From a virus (Duplodnaviria; Heunggongvirae; Uroviricota; Caudoviricetes), in the IMG/VR virus record IMGVR_UViG_2537562021_000003, positions 1 to 20,713 of that record: a DNA stretch of 20,713 bases; one strand, given 5' to 3'. Each line of letters opens with the position of its first letter. The first letter of the stretch is position 1. The notes beneath the pieces were generated by a model that worked only from the letters and a program-made list of their open reading frames with translations, had not been told where the DNA came from and did no database searches. Position numbers and translations under genes: made by a program. Shown here piece after piece: positions 1-8,767 of this stretch.

Positions 1-30
1 GAGTTGAACCCGCGTCCGAAATTCCTACAT
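1..30 (-). other. Attachment-site core: 3'-terminal segment of tmRNA gene ssrA, truncated by the window edge
   Basis: Bases 1..30 are identical to 19331..19360, which is the inner part of the 45-nt ssrA 3'-end match at 19316..19360. Confidence 0.7.
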
Positions 31-156
31 ACTATTTTTAATACAATGAAAACAGTAGTTTGCGTTTAAAAACAGTGTGTTACTATTATCCTGTGTTTAT
101 CCGTTTTACGCATTTTTAATGCTCTGCCGCCAAGTTGTCGCCAATTTTAGGCTAAC

Positions 157-1170
157 TTACGGTTGGCTGTTTTTAACATTCAAAAGAAAGTTCTTCCAAA
201 TTATTAGCAGTGAATTTTTATCTAAATCAATCTTATGAGGTTTGATGTTTTTTCCTTCATATATATTTTTATAATAGCAATCGATAGCAAAATGAATAGT
301 TAAATTATCTGGATGTATGGCTAGTAGACCTCGGTCAAGCAAGGCATGAAGGGTAGGTTCAAGAGGTATTCCATTGTTGGTTCTATGGTTTTGGGTCTGA
401 GAAAATGGTTCAAGGTGACATGCCTGCAATACTGGGAGGTTGTAACCTGTTATTGCGCATACATTTGAGAAGTTTTTTAGAACCCTTTTTTTAAAGTCAA
501 CCTGTTCGCCAGAGTCACGCTGTAATACTGTTTGCAGATGAGTATTGCCTTTTGTGACAACTGGTATACTAATTGTATCAGAGGGATTTATAAATATGAC
601 TGGCGGTAGAGTAGGTTCTAGAATGTTTTTTTGTCCAAGAAACTGCCTTGATAATAATTCATCTTTAGCGATTTTTATTGCTTCACTTTTTGTTAATGAA
701 AGGCATGCCAGATTATACGCATCTACATTGAAATATTTAGTTTCCCTGTTTAGCGTAATGGATGATATTTTTTTATCGTGTTCTGCTATTGGTATACCTT
801 TTGTGACAGGATGCGAAATGCTTTCAAGCAGTGTTGTATTGCCATTTATTTCTTTATTAAACAATGAGGTAGGGTGTTCAATCATATTGCTATGCTTGGC
901 GCGATAGTGCTCATATAGGCCATGAGCACTTTTGAAATTTTTCTTGCATATTATACAGCTAACATTTCCCCCATTAATTTTTTTTGAATTTCTTTTTCTG
1001 GATTCAACAAGAGAGTTTGTTAGATCTTCTCTTAGTTTTAATATTCTGAGGTTGGTTGGGTTGTTTCCTCGTCTATATGGTAAGCTCTCAAGTCTATTTA
1101 ACTCATTTTTGAGGTGTTGGTACTGTTTACGTGAAATTAAATTAGGTTTCATATTTAAGATTAAGATCAC
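157..1170 (-). CDS. Cargo protein with N-terminal C2H2-like zinc finger and C-terminal HNH-like nuclease motif (candidate exclusion/defence nuclease)
   Basis: 337-aa ORF, visibly AT-rich compared with the backbone. CIICKKNFKSAHGLYEHYRAKH has C-x2-C-x12-H-x4-H spacing. The C-terminus CAITG...LQACHLEPF...NNGIPLEPTLHALLDRGLLAI resembles the HNH_2-type motif as I recall it. Start is GTG at 1170 or ATG at 1152; no clear SD. Confidence 0.6.
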   Translation of the reverse strand: MILILNMKPNLISRKQYQHLKNELNRLESLPYRRGNNPTNLRILKLREDLTNSLVESRKRNSKKINGGNVSCIICKKNFKSAHGLYEHYRAKHSNMIEHPTSLFNKEINGNTTLLESISHPVTKGIPIAEHDKKISSITLNRETKYFNVDAYNLACLSLTKSEAIKIAKDELLSRQFLGQKNILEPTLPPVIFINPSDTISIPVVTKGNTHLQTVLQRDSGEQVDFKKRVLKNFSNVCAITGYNLPVLQACHLEPFSQTQNHRTNNGIPLEPTLHALLDRGLLAIHPDNLTIHFAIDCYYKNIYEGKNIKPHKIDLDKNSLLIIWKNFLLNVKNSQP

Positions 1171-1192
1171 TTTTGTGTACTTACATTATAAG

Positions 1193-2224
1193 TTACATGT
1201 TATTCGACAAGTATATAAAGTTCAAAGGGTTTTTCGTTACTGCATCTTCCAGATGGTCTGGAGAAAAATGGGCGTAAATCATCGTCATTTTTATATCGGC
1301 ATGGCCCAAAATATCGCGCAGTACCAGTATGTTTCCGCCGTTCATCATGAAATGGCTGGCGAATGTATGGCGTAGAACGTGGGGGCATTGTCCCTCTGGC
1401 AGTTCAATACCAGCTCGTTTTACTGCCCGTTCAAAGGCTTTTCTGCATGGGGTGAATAGCCTTCCTCTGTTTTTAGGGAGTTCGTTGTAAAGATCCTGAG
1501 ATATTGGCACGGTACGGTTTTTCTTGCCCTTCGTCTTGGTATAAGTGATGCGGTATTTGGATAACTGATGGCCCTGCAGATTTTCTGCTTCACTCCACCG
1601 TGCGCCAGTAGCTAGGCATATTTTTGCAATCATTAGTAAGCTAGGGCTTTGAGATTCAGCACATGCCGCCAACAGGCGCTTGATTTCGTCCGTGGAAAGA
1701 AAAGCCAGCTCACCTTCGGCAATTTTGAAGGTCGGAAGTCCTGCCAGCGGGTTTGGTGCTGACCAGTGTCCTAGTTTTTTTAATGTACCGAACACCGATG
1801 ATAGATTGCGCTGTTCAAGGTTTACCGTGCGGGGCTTAACGGGCGACATAAGCGTGCCATCTTCATTTCGTATTTCACCTTTTAACCGTGCTTCGCGGTA
1901 TTTCGTAAAGTCTCCGGCTGTCAGCTCAGAGGCGATGGGGTCGCCTAGACCATTACAGATAATTCTAAGTTTCGCCATGAGGCGCTTGGGGTCTGCGAGT
2001 GTCTGACCATACAGGGAATACCAAAGCTCAATTAATTCTGATAGGCGTCGCCGATCATCCTTTTCACCCAACCACGGTTTTTTATTCACTTCTTCCATTG
2101 TGAAGCTTTCAAACGCAATGGCTTCGCCTTTCGTGGCAAATTGCTTACGCACGCGCTTGCCATTGCGTCCATTGGGATAGCACTCACACAACCATTTTCC
2201 GTTCGGCTGTTTTCTGATGGTCAT
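1193..2224 (-). CDS. int: Tyrosine recombinase, P2/186-type phage integrase
   Basis: 343 aa; C-terminal HVLRHTFASHF...LGHADIKMTMIYAHF fits the H-x-x-R...Y catalytic motif. ATG at 2224 lies 1 nt after the cI stop. Confidence 0.9.
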   Translation of the reverse strand: MTIRKQPNGKWLCECYPNGRNGKRVRKQFATKGEAIAFESFTMEEVNKKPWLGEKDDRRRLSELIELWYSLYGQTLADPKRLMAKLRIICNGLGDPIASELTAGDFTKYREARLKGEIRNEDGTLMSPVKPRTVNLEQRNLSSVFGTLKKLGHWSAPNPLAGLPTFKIAEGELAFLSTDEIKRLLAACAESQSPSLLMIAKICLATGARWSEAENLQGHQLSKYRITYTKTKGKKNRTVPISQDLYNELPKNRGRLFTPCRKAFERAVKRAGIELPEGQCPHVLRHTFASHFMMNGGNILVLRDILGHADIKMTMIYAHFSPDHLEDAVTKNPLNFIYLSNNM

Positions 2225-2225
2225 A

Positions 2226-2858
2226 TCAAAGGCTCTTAATGATTTTCAGTGCGCGGCCTACTACCTCAATGTCATCCAGACCGCACTCAAACGATGAATC
2301 ATCCTGATGCACTACTAATTTGTTTCCCGGGAGTCGAGTCAATTTAACGATGCTTTTTATCCCGTCGATATCGACTAACCACATACCATTTACTGGTGGT
2401 GTTTGGTTGCGATCTATTAAATAAGAATCACCAGAAGTAGTCACCAGCAGTAGGTTGCTTGAGTCTGAGGGGAGTATGCTGCTATCAATGATTGCTTTTC
2501 CAGCATCGACCAATAAACCACCGTTGAGAGTCGCCTTGTCAATTTCAGGAGATACTAGTTCAGAAAGAGGTACAACCTTGCTGGAGTTCACGGAATTGAT
2601 ATTTTTTTTAGGTTCAATGTTTGGACCTGGCTCCCCCTGTCCGGTGGTTAGCCACAGTAAAGAAACTCCTGTTTCCAAGGCGCACTGAATCACCCACTCT
2701 GCAGGAAAACTATCTCTTAAGTATCTGTTTGCCATGGTGCTTTTTGATGCGCCTAAGTGATCGCAAAGTTGCTGTCTGGACTTGAAATCATAGGCTGCCA
2801 TTAGTCTATGGATAGCCTCTCTTCCCCCTGTATTCTCTCCAACCTTTACCTGTATCAT
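2226..2858 (-). CDS. cI: 186-type CI immunity repressor
   Basis: 210 aa; N-terminal AYDFKSRQQLCDHLGASKSTMANRYLRD...CALETGVSLLWLTTGQGE looks like the CI-repressor HTH. Divergent from the pR operon and directly upstream of int. Confidence 0.75.
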   Translation of the reverse strand: MIQVKVGENTGGREAIHRLMAAYDFKSRQQLCDHLGASKSTMANRYLRDSFPAEWVIQCALETGVSLLWLTTGQGEPGPNIEPKKNINSVNSSKVVPLSELVSPEIDKATLNGGLLVDAGKAIIDSSILPSDSSNLLLVTTSGDSYLIDRNQTPPVNGMWLVDIDGIKSIVKLTRLPGNKLVVHQDDSSFECGLDDIEVVGRALKIIKSL

Positions 2859-2870
2859 TTTTTAATCCTA

Positions 2871-2899
2871 TTGACGTATCAAATATTGGATCGTAGTAT
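2871..2899 (+). promoter_or_regulatory. pR-like sigma70 promoter for the early lytic operon
   Basis: TTGACG (2871..2876), 17-bp spacer, TAGTAT (2894..2899), about 80 bp upstream of the first + strand gene. Confidence 0.55.
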
Positions 2900-2922
2900 C
2901 TCGATGTATCAAATATTGAATC
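2876..2922. promoter_or_regulatory. Two 17-bp direct repeats in the cI/pR switch region (candidate operators)
   Basis: GTATCAAATATTGGATC at 2876..2892 and GTATCAAATATTGAATC at 2906..2922, each with a TCAA-n3-TTGA inverted core; the first lies in the pR spacer. Confidence 0.5.
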
Positions 2923-2977
2923 AAGTAAAACGAGATAAAACGACGTAAACCAAACCTTAATCGGGAGATACTGCACT

Positions 2978-3220
2978 ATGAGCACTGATATTTCAATTCG
3001 TGTACCAAAAGAGATGGCTACGCCTGCAGAGTTCGCGGAATGGGAAGGTATCTCCCGCGGCTCCGTGTATCAAAAAATTCACCATGGTCAGCTTGCTAAA
3101 TACATGGTCAAGAAAGAAAAAAACAAAGGCCGCGTAAGCCTGCGTTATTTAATGTACAAAACCGATCAGGTCCGTGAATCCCTCGGTCATTCCAACTTCC
3201 GCGTCATTGTTGGTAAGTAA
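2978..3220 (+). CDS. apl: Apl/Cox-like excisionase-regulator (first gene of the pR operon)
   Basis: 80-aa basic protein at the apl/cox position; SD GGGAGA at 2963..2968. Call is positional. Confidence 0.5.
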   Translation: MSTDISIRVPKEMATPAEFAEWEGISRGSVYQKIHHGQLAKYMVKKEKNKGRVSLRYLMYKTDQVRESLGHSNFRVIVGK

Positions 3221-3252
3221 GTTCAATTATGAGAACTTTCTAAGGGGGTAGC

Positions 3253-3762
3253 ATGTTTGATTATAAGATTTCCAAACACCCGCATTTTGATGAAGCCTGT
3301 AGAGCTTTTGCACTTCGTCACAATATGGCGAAGCTGGCAGAACGTGCAGGAATGAATGTCCAGACTCTGCGAAACAAACTCAACCCAGATCAACCGCATC
3401 AGCTCAATGCGCCAGATATCTGGCTACTTACCGATCTGACGGAAGATTCAACGCTGGTAGACGGTTTTCTGGCACAGATTCACTGCCTGCCATGTGTACC
3501 GATTAATGAGGTGGCAAAAGAGAAACTGCCACATTACGTCATGAGTGCAACCGCAGAGATCGGGCGTGTTGCTGCAGGTGCGGTATCTGGCGATGTAAAA
3601 ACCAGTGCAGGTCGTCGTGATGCTATCAGCAGCATTAACTCTGTTACACGACTGATGGCGTTAGCTGCTGTTTCATTGCAGGCCCGTTTACAGGTTAATC
3701 CTGCGATGGCAAGTGCAGTTGATACTGTAACTGGCCTCGGTGCTTCATTCGGTTTGCTGTGA
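3253..3762 (+). CDS. cII: CII-like lysogeny establishment regulator
   Basis: 169 aa, second gene of the pR operon as in phage 186; SD-like GGGGG upstream of the ATG. Confidence 0.55.
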   Translation: MFDYKISKHPHFDEACRAFALRHNMAKLAERAGMNVQTLRNKLNPDQPHQLNAPDIWLLTDLTEDSTLVDGFLAQIHCLPCVPINEVAKEKLPHYVMSATAEIGRVAAGAVSGDVKTSAGRRDAISSINSVTRLMALAAVSLQARLQVNPAMASAVDTVTGLGASFGLL

Positions 3763-3769
3763 GGTGCTT

Positions 3770-3970
3770 ATGCTGACGAAAGAACCATCATTTGCATCGC
3801 TGCTGGTAAAACAAAGTCCGGCAATGCACTACGGTCACGGCTGGATCATGGGTGAGGATGGTAAACGCTGGCATCCGTGCCGTTCGCAAGATGAATTGCT
3901 GGCAGAACTATCAACGAAAAAACGGGGGAACCAATGGCTATTGAAGGCGCTGCGGCGACTGTTCCATTAA
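3770..3970 (+). CDS. Small early protein (186 fil position), hypothetical
   Basis: ATG at 3770 preceded by GAGGTG (3761..3766), just after the cII stop; the track's longer ORF from 3740 overlaps cII. Confidence 0.45.
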   Translation: MLTKEPSFASLLVKQSPAMHYGHGWIMGEDGKRWHPCRSQDELLAELSTKKRGNQWLLKALRRLFH

Positions 3971-4275
3971 GACCCGGTGAACGCCTGAATGGACTTAATC
4001 ATATTGCGGAGTTAAGGGCGAAAGTTTTTGGCCTGAATATTGAGTCAGAGCTGGAGCGGTTTATTAAAGATATGCGTGATCCACGGGATATCAATAATGA
4101 ACAAAATAAACGGGCACTGGCTGCTATATTCTTTATGGCAAAAATTCCAGCTGAACGTCATAGCATCAGCATTAATGAGCTGACCACTGACGAAAAGCGG
4201 GAGCTGATTAAAGCAATGAATCATTTTCGTGCAGTGGTGAGTTTATTTCCCAGACGGCTAACCATGCCGAATTAA
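3934..4275 (+). CDS. Hypothetical early protein
   Basis: 113 aa; ATG at 3934 preceded by GGGGGA (3924..3929); overlaps the previous gene's end in another frame. Confidence 0.5.
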   Translation: MAIEGAAATVPLRPGERLNGLNHIAELRAKVFGLNIESELERFIKDMRDPRDINNEQNKRALAAIFFMAKIPAERHSISINELTTDEKRELIKAMNHFRAVVSLFPRRLTMPN

Positions 4276-4342
4276 CCAACTAATGAAATTAATGGCGTAA
4301 ACCCGCCGGGCATCCCTTTATCTAAATTCAGGAGAATTGATT

Positions 4343-4576
4343 ATGCGTAATATTGAAACCCTCTCGACTAAAACCGGACCGGATGACGCAGGGCTTAATA
4401 TTTTACTGACAGAGGCTCGTCTGGAAGAACGCCGGGCAAGGGCTGAAGCAATGGCAGCTCGCCTTGATAGCCTGGCGTGTCATATAACATCCCGCCAGCT
4501 AAACCACGTCGAAGCGGCAGAACTGCTGCGTGTGAATGCTGAAGCAATCCAGAACGAAGCGCAGGAGATCCACTGA
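4343..4576 (+). CDS. Hypothetical early protein
   Basis: ATG at 4343 with SD GGAGA at 4331..4335; the track's 79-aa ORF starts at an upstream TTG; its stop overlaps the next start (TGATG). Confidence 0.5.
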   Translation: MRNIETLSTKTGPDDAGLNILLTEARLEERRARAEAMAARLDSLACHITSRQLNHVEAAELLRVNAEAIQNEAQEIH

Positions 4577-4803
4577 TGGCTGATGCAATGGATCTCGTAC
4601 AGCAGCGCGTTGAAGAAGAACGCCAGCGTCATATCCGTGCTGCCCGCGCCAAAACGCCGGGCGTGTCCCGCGTGCTTTGCGTTGAGTGTGAAGCGCCAAT
4701 TCCGCCAGCACGCCGCCGTGCCATTCCGGGGGTGCAGCTTTGCATTACCTGTCAGGAAATCGCAGAGCTGAAAGGCAAACATTACAACGGAGGTGCTGTA
4801 TGA
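4576..4803 (+). CDS. TraR/DksA-family C4 zinc-finger protein
   Basis: 75 aa with CVEC...17 aa...CITC; SD AGGAG at 4563..4567. Confidence 0.7.
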   Translation: MADAMDLVQQRVEEERQRHIRAARAKTPGVSRVLCVECEAPIPPARRRAIPGVQLCITCQEIAELKGKHYNGGAV

Positions 4804-5657
4804 GCACCATCCTGAAATGGGCGGGAAATAAAACCGCCATTATGTCCGAACTGAAAAAACACCTTCCTGCTGGCCCGCGACTGGTTGAACCTTTCGCGGG
4901 TTCCTGTGCTGTGATGATGGAGACGGATTACCCCAGCTATCTGGTTGCGGATATTAATCCTGATTTAATCAACCTCTATAAAAAGGTTGCTGCTGATTGT
5001 GAATCGTTTATATCTCGCGCTAGAGTTTTATTTGAGATCGCAAACAGGGAGGTGGCTTATTACAACATAAGGCAGGAGTTTAATTACTCCACTGAAATTA
5101 CTGATTTCATGAAAGCGGTATATTTCCTGTATCTCAATCGTCACGGTTACCGTGGTTTATGTCGCTATAACAAGAGCGGGCATTTCAACATTCCCTACGG
5201 TAATTATAAAAATCCGTATTTCCCTGAAAAAGAAATTCGCGCATTTGCAGAAAAGGCCCAGCGAGCAACGTTTATCTGCGCCAGCTTTGATGAAACGCTG
5301 GCGATCTTGAAGGCGGGGGATGTGGTGTATTGCGATCCGCCGTATGACGGTACGTTTTCCGGCTATCACACTGATGGTTTCACTGAAGATGACCAGTATC
5401 ACCTGGCATCTGTTCTTGAACATCGGTCATCAGAAGGACATCCGGTCATTGTTTCTAACAGTGACACATCCCTGATCCGTTCGCTGTATCGCAATTTTAC
5501 TCACCACTACATCAAGGCAAAACGCAGCATCGGTGTGGCAGCTGGCGAGGGTAAATCAGCAACAGAAATCATTGCTGTTTCCGGGCCGCGCTGCTGGGTG
5601 GGATTTGATTATTCGCGTGGCGTGGATAGTTCTGCCGTGTACGGAGTACGTGCATGA
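4800..5657 (+). CDS. dam: DNA adenine methyltransferase (Dam-like, orphan)
   Basis: [17 protein letters not shown] and the DPPY motif in [11 protein letters not shown] at 4800 with SD GGAGGTG; ATGA overlaps with the neighbours on both sides. The track's longer ORF starts at 4740. Confidence 0.85.
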   Translation: MSTILKWAGNKTAIMSELKKHLPAGPRLVEPFAGSCAVMMETDYPSYLVADINPDLINLYKKVAADCESFISRARVLFEIANREVAYYNIRQEFNYSTEITDFMKAVYFLYLNRHGYRGLCRYNKSGHFNIPYGNYKNPYFPEKEIRAFAEKAQRATFICASFDETLAILKAGDVVYCDPPYDGTFSGYHTDGFTEDDQYHLASVLEHRSSEGHPVIVSNSDTSLIRSLYRNFTHHYIKAKRSIGVAAGEGKSATEIIAVSGPRCWVGFDYSRGVDSSAVYGVRA

Positions 5658-8068
5658 GCCATGCCGATATGAACAACTGCTGCGGCTTTAACGAGGCTGC
5701 CGCATCGTTCTCATGGAACAGCCCGAAAAAGGCCATTAACCCTTATCTGGACCCGGCGGAAGTTGCGCCGGTTTCTGCGCTTTCAAACCTGATCACTCTG
5801 TACGCTGCCGATAACGAGCAGGAACAGCTGCGCCGCGAGGCACTGAGTGATCAGGTCTGGGAGCGTTATTTCTTTAATGAATCCCGTGATCCTGTCCAGC
5901 GCGAAATGGAGCAGGATAAGCTCATTAGTCGGGCAAAGCTGGCGCATGAGCAGCAGCGTTTTAATCCAGATATGGTCATTCTGGCGGACGTCAATGCCCA
6001 GCCTTCCCATATCAGCAAGCCGCTGATGCAACGTATTGAATACTTCAGCAGCCTGGGCAGGCCAAAGGCTTATTCCCGCTATTTGCGTGAGACGATTAAG
6101 CCATGTCTGGAACGACTGGAGCATGTACGCGACAGTCAGCTATCCGCTTCTTTTCGCTTTATGGCAAGCCATGAAGGGCTGGATGGCCTGCTTATCCTGC
6201 CTGAAATGAGTCAGGATCAGGTGAAGCGCCTGTCTACCCTTGTCGCTGCGCATATGAGCATGTGCCTTGATGCAGCTTGTGGTGATTTGTATGCCACCGA
6301 TGACGTTAAGCCAGAAGAAATCCGCAAGACATGGGAAAAGGTGGCAGCGGAAACCCTGCGTCTGGATGTTATCCCGCCTGCGTTTGAGCAACTCCGTCGG
6401 AAAAGAAACCGCCGTAAACCCGTGCCCTATGAACTCATTCCGGGTTCGCTGGCGCGTATGTTGTGCGCTGACTGGTGGTACCGGAAATTATGGAAGATGC
6501 GTTGCGAATGGCGGGAAGAGCAGTTGCGCGCTGTCTGCCTGGTCAGCAAAAAAGCATCTCCTTATGTCAGCTATGAAGCCGTGATGCATAAACGTGAGCA
6601 GCGCCGTAAGTCGCTGGAGTTTTTCCGTTCTCATGAACTGGTGAACGAAGACGGCGACACGCTGGACATGGAGGATGTGGTAAACGCCAGCAGCAGCAAC
6701 CCTGCGCATCGCCGCAATGAGATGATGGCCTGTGTTAAAGGTCTGGAACTTATCGCGGAAATGCGCGGTGACTGCGCCGTTTTCTACACCATCACCTGTC
6801 CGTCACGTTTCCATTCCACGCTAAATAACGGCAGACCCAACCCGAACTGGACAAATGCGACGGTAAGACAAAGCAGTGATTATTTGGTCGGCATGTTTGC
6901 TGCATTTCGTAAGGCGATGCACAAAGCCGGATTGCGCTGGTATGGCGTGCGGGTGGCTGAGCCGCATCATGACGGTACAGTTCACTGGCACCTGTTGTGT
7001 TTTATGCGCAAAAAAGACCGCCGCGCCATCACTGCATTACTGCGTAAGTTTGCCATCCGTGAAGACCGCGAGGAGCTGGGCAATAACACGGGGCCGCGCT
7101 TTAAGTCTGAGTTGATTAACCCGCGCAAAGGAACGCCGACAAGCTACATCGCGAAATATATCAGTAAGAACATTGACGGGCGTGGTCTGGCTGGCGAGAT
7201 CAGCAAGGAAACGGGTAAATCCCTGCGTGATAACGCTGAATACGTGAATGCCTGGGCGTCTCTGCATCGTGTTCAGCAATTCCGCTTCTTTGGCATTCCG
7301 GGGCGTCAGGCTTACCGTGAACTGCGATTGCTGGCTGGTCAGGCGGCAAGGCAACAGGGTGACAAAAAAGCAGGTGCGCCGGTACTGGATAACCCGCGCC
7401 TTGATGCAATCCTGGCTGCTGCTGATGCTGGTTGTTTTGCCACCTACATCATGAAGCAGGGCGGCGTACTGGTTCCCCGTAAATATCACCTCATCAGAAC
7501 TGCTTATGAAATCAACGAAGAGCCGACCGCCTATGGCGATCACGGCATTCGTATTTATGGCATCTGGTCACCTATTGCAGAGGGCAAGATCTGCACTCAT
7601 GCCGTGAAGTGGAAAATGGTTCGTAAGGCCGTTGACGTTCAGGAGGCGGCAGCCGACCAGGGCGCTTGCGCCCCTTGGACTCGTGGCAATAACTGTCCCC
7701 TTGCTGAAAATTTGAACCAACAGGAGAAAGATAAATCAGCTGATGGGGACCCCAGAACGGACTTTACCCGCATGGATGACAAGGAGTTGCACGATTACCT
7801 GCACAGTATGAACAAAAAGGAGCGCCGGGAACTGGCTGCAAGGTTACGTCTGGTGAAACCGAAACGGCGTAGAGACTACAAACAGCGAATTACAGACCAT
7901 CAACGACAGCAGCTCGTCTATGAACTGAAATCCAGAGGATTTGATGGCAGCGAGAAAGAGGTCGATTTACTCCTTCGCGGCGGCAGTATTCCGTCAGGAG
8001 CAGGCCTGCGTATCTTCTATCGGAACCAGCGTTTGCAGGAAGATGATAAGTGGCGGAACCTGTATTAA
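5654..8068 (+). CDS. A: Replication initiation endonuclease, P2 gene A / 186 RepA family
   Basis: 804 aa; [22 protein letters not shown] and YIAKYISK match the HUH/tyrosine rolling-circle signatures of gpA. Confidence 0.85.
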   Translation: MSHADMNNCCGFNEAAASFSWNSPKKAINPYLDPAEVAPVSALSNLITLYAADNEQEQLRREALSDQVWERYFFNESRDPVQREMEQDKLISRAKLAHEQQRFNPDMVILADVNAQPSHISKPLMQRIEYFSSLGRPKAYSRYLRETIKPCLERLEHVRDSQLSASFRFMASHEGLDGLLILPEMSQDQVKRLSTLVAAHMSMCLDAACGDLYATDDVKPEEIRKTWEKVAAETLRLDVIPPAFEQLRRKRNRRKPVPYELIPGSLARMLCADWWYRKLWKMRCEWREEQLRAVCLVSKKASPYVSYEAVMHKREQRRKSLEFFRSHELVNEDGDTLDMEDVVNASSSNPAHRRNEMMACVKGLELIAEMRGDCAVFYTITCPSRFHSTLNNGRPNPNWTNATVRQSSDYLVGMFAAFRKAMHKAGLRWYGVRVAEPHHDGTVHWHLLCFMRKKDRRAITALLRKFAIREDREELGNNTGPRFKSELINPRKGTPTSYIAKYISKNIDGRGLAGEISKETGKSLRDNAEYVNAWASLHRVQQFRFFGIPGRQAYRELRLLAGQAARQQGDKKAGAPVLDNPRLDAILAAADAGCFATYIMKQGGVLVPRKYHLIRTAYEINEEPTAYGDHGIRIYGIWSPIAEGKICTHAVKWKMVRKAVDVQEAAADQGACAPWTRGNNCPLAENLNQQEKDKSADGDPRTDFTRMDDKELHDYLHSMNKKERRELAARLRLVKPKRRRDYKQRITDHQRQQLVYELKSRGFDGSEKEVDLLLRGGSIPSGAGLRIFYRNQRLQEDDKWRNLY

Positions 8069-8160
8069 TTACGCTGGTTAACAATTCGTGCTCTTAATAA
8101 TACCAGGCATATCAGGCTGATAAGCGTAAAAAAACGTTTTACATCAGTAAGATTATTATA

Positions 8161-8180
8161 TACTGTAAATATAAACAGTG
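8161..8180. promoter_or_regulatory. LexA (SOS) box
   Basis: TACTGTAAATATAAACAGTG: CTGT-n8-ACAG with an AT-rich spacer, 44 nt upstream of the ATG at 8222. Confidence 0.65.
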
Positions 8181-8221
8181 GTTATACATACAGTGTTGCG
8201 TGTGGTGTCATAGGAGGAAAG

Positions 8222-8410
8222 ATGCAGGACTATTTTTTGGAGTCTTTGAAGCTCCAGCGCATTGATTTTTTTCTTAAGCTTGTAGCGGCTAGTGAGTGTA
8301 GTGATGAAGAGAAGGGGCTGGCTCTGCAGTGGGTTTCTGAATTGACTGATGAACTCATGGCAAAAATCAGAAGCCACGAATACAACCGCTCAATGGATGT
8401 CATCAGCTGA
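8222..8410 (+). CDS. Small SOS-controlled protein, candidate antirepressor N-terminal part (Tum-like by position)
   Basis: 62 aa with strong SD AGGAGG at 8212..8217; its stop overlaps the SD of the DinI-like gene. Confidence 0.55.
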   Translation: MQDYFLESLKLQRIDFFLKLVAASECSDEEKGLALQWVSELTDELMAKIRSHEYNRSMDVIS

Positions 8411-8420
8411 GGTGACTTTT

Positions 8421-8654
8421 ATGCGCATTGAAATAATGATCGATAAAGAGCAGAAGATTAGCCAGTCTACCTTGGACGCCCTTGAATCCGAGCTTTACCG
8501 CAATCTGCGCCCCCTGTATCCCAAAACGGTAATCCGTATCCGTAAAGGTAGCTCTAACGGTGTGGAACTGACCGGACTGCAACTGGACGAAGAAAGAAAA
8601 CAAGTGATGAAAATTATGCAGAAGGTGTGGGAAGACGACAGCTGGCTGCATTGA
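8421..8654 (+). CDS. DinI-family protein
   Basis: 77 aa; MRIEIMIDKEQ...IRKGSSNGVELTGL...VMKIMQKVWEDDSW parallels E. coli DinI as I recall it. SD GAGGTG at 8409..8414. Confidence 0.75.
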   Translation: MRIEIMIDKEQKISQSTLDALESELYRNLRPLYPKTVIRIRKGSSNGVELTGLQLDEERKQVMKIMQKVWEDDSWLH

Positions 8655-8707
8655 TTTTGTCAATAGACGCTTGTTTTTACTAATCAAAAAGGGTTACATA
8701 TGAGTGA

Positions 8708-8741
8708 GAGGCGATGTCAATCAGATATCGCCTTGTTTTTT
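8708..8741 (+). terminator. Candidate intrinsic terminator after the DinI-like gene
   Basis: Stem AGGCGAT (8709..8715) / ATCGCCT (8727..8733) then TTGTTTTTT; the loop is long (11 nt), so weak. Confidence 0.4.
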
Positions 8742-8767
8742 GTCAAGAAAAGAATAATAGGCTAAAA

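Larger units (their letters stand above)
1..1383. repeat. Left copy of a 1383-bp direct repeat (att core, nuclease gene, integrase 3' part)
   Basis: Sequence 1..1383 matches 19331..20713; the ORF track gives identical 337-aa, 120-aa and 147-aa translations in both copies. Confidence 0.9.

Noticed and set aside
545-1375. + strand ORFs of 120 aa and 147 aa (also at 19875..20705)
   Set aside because: Antisense to the nuclease gene and integrase; hydrophobic low-complexity translations typical of AT-rich antisense frames.
4480-4782. Minus-strand ORFs of 100 aa and 70 aa
   Set aside because: Antisense to the coupled early genes; no start context.
8714-8767. Upstream start giving a 243-aa lipoprotein ORF
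   Set aside because: The ATG at 8714 lies inside the terminator hairpin; the signal peptide begins at the Met at 8768.
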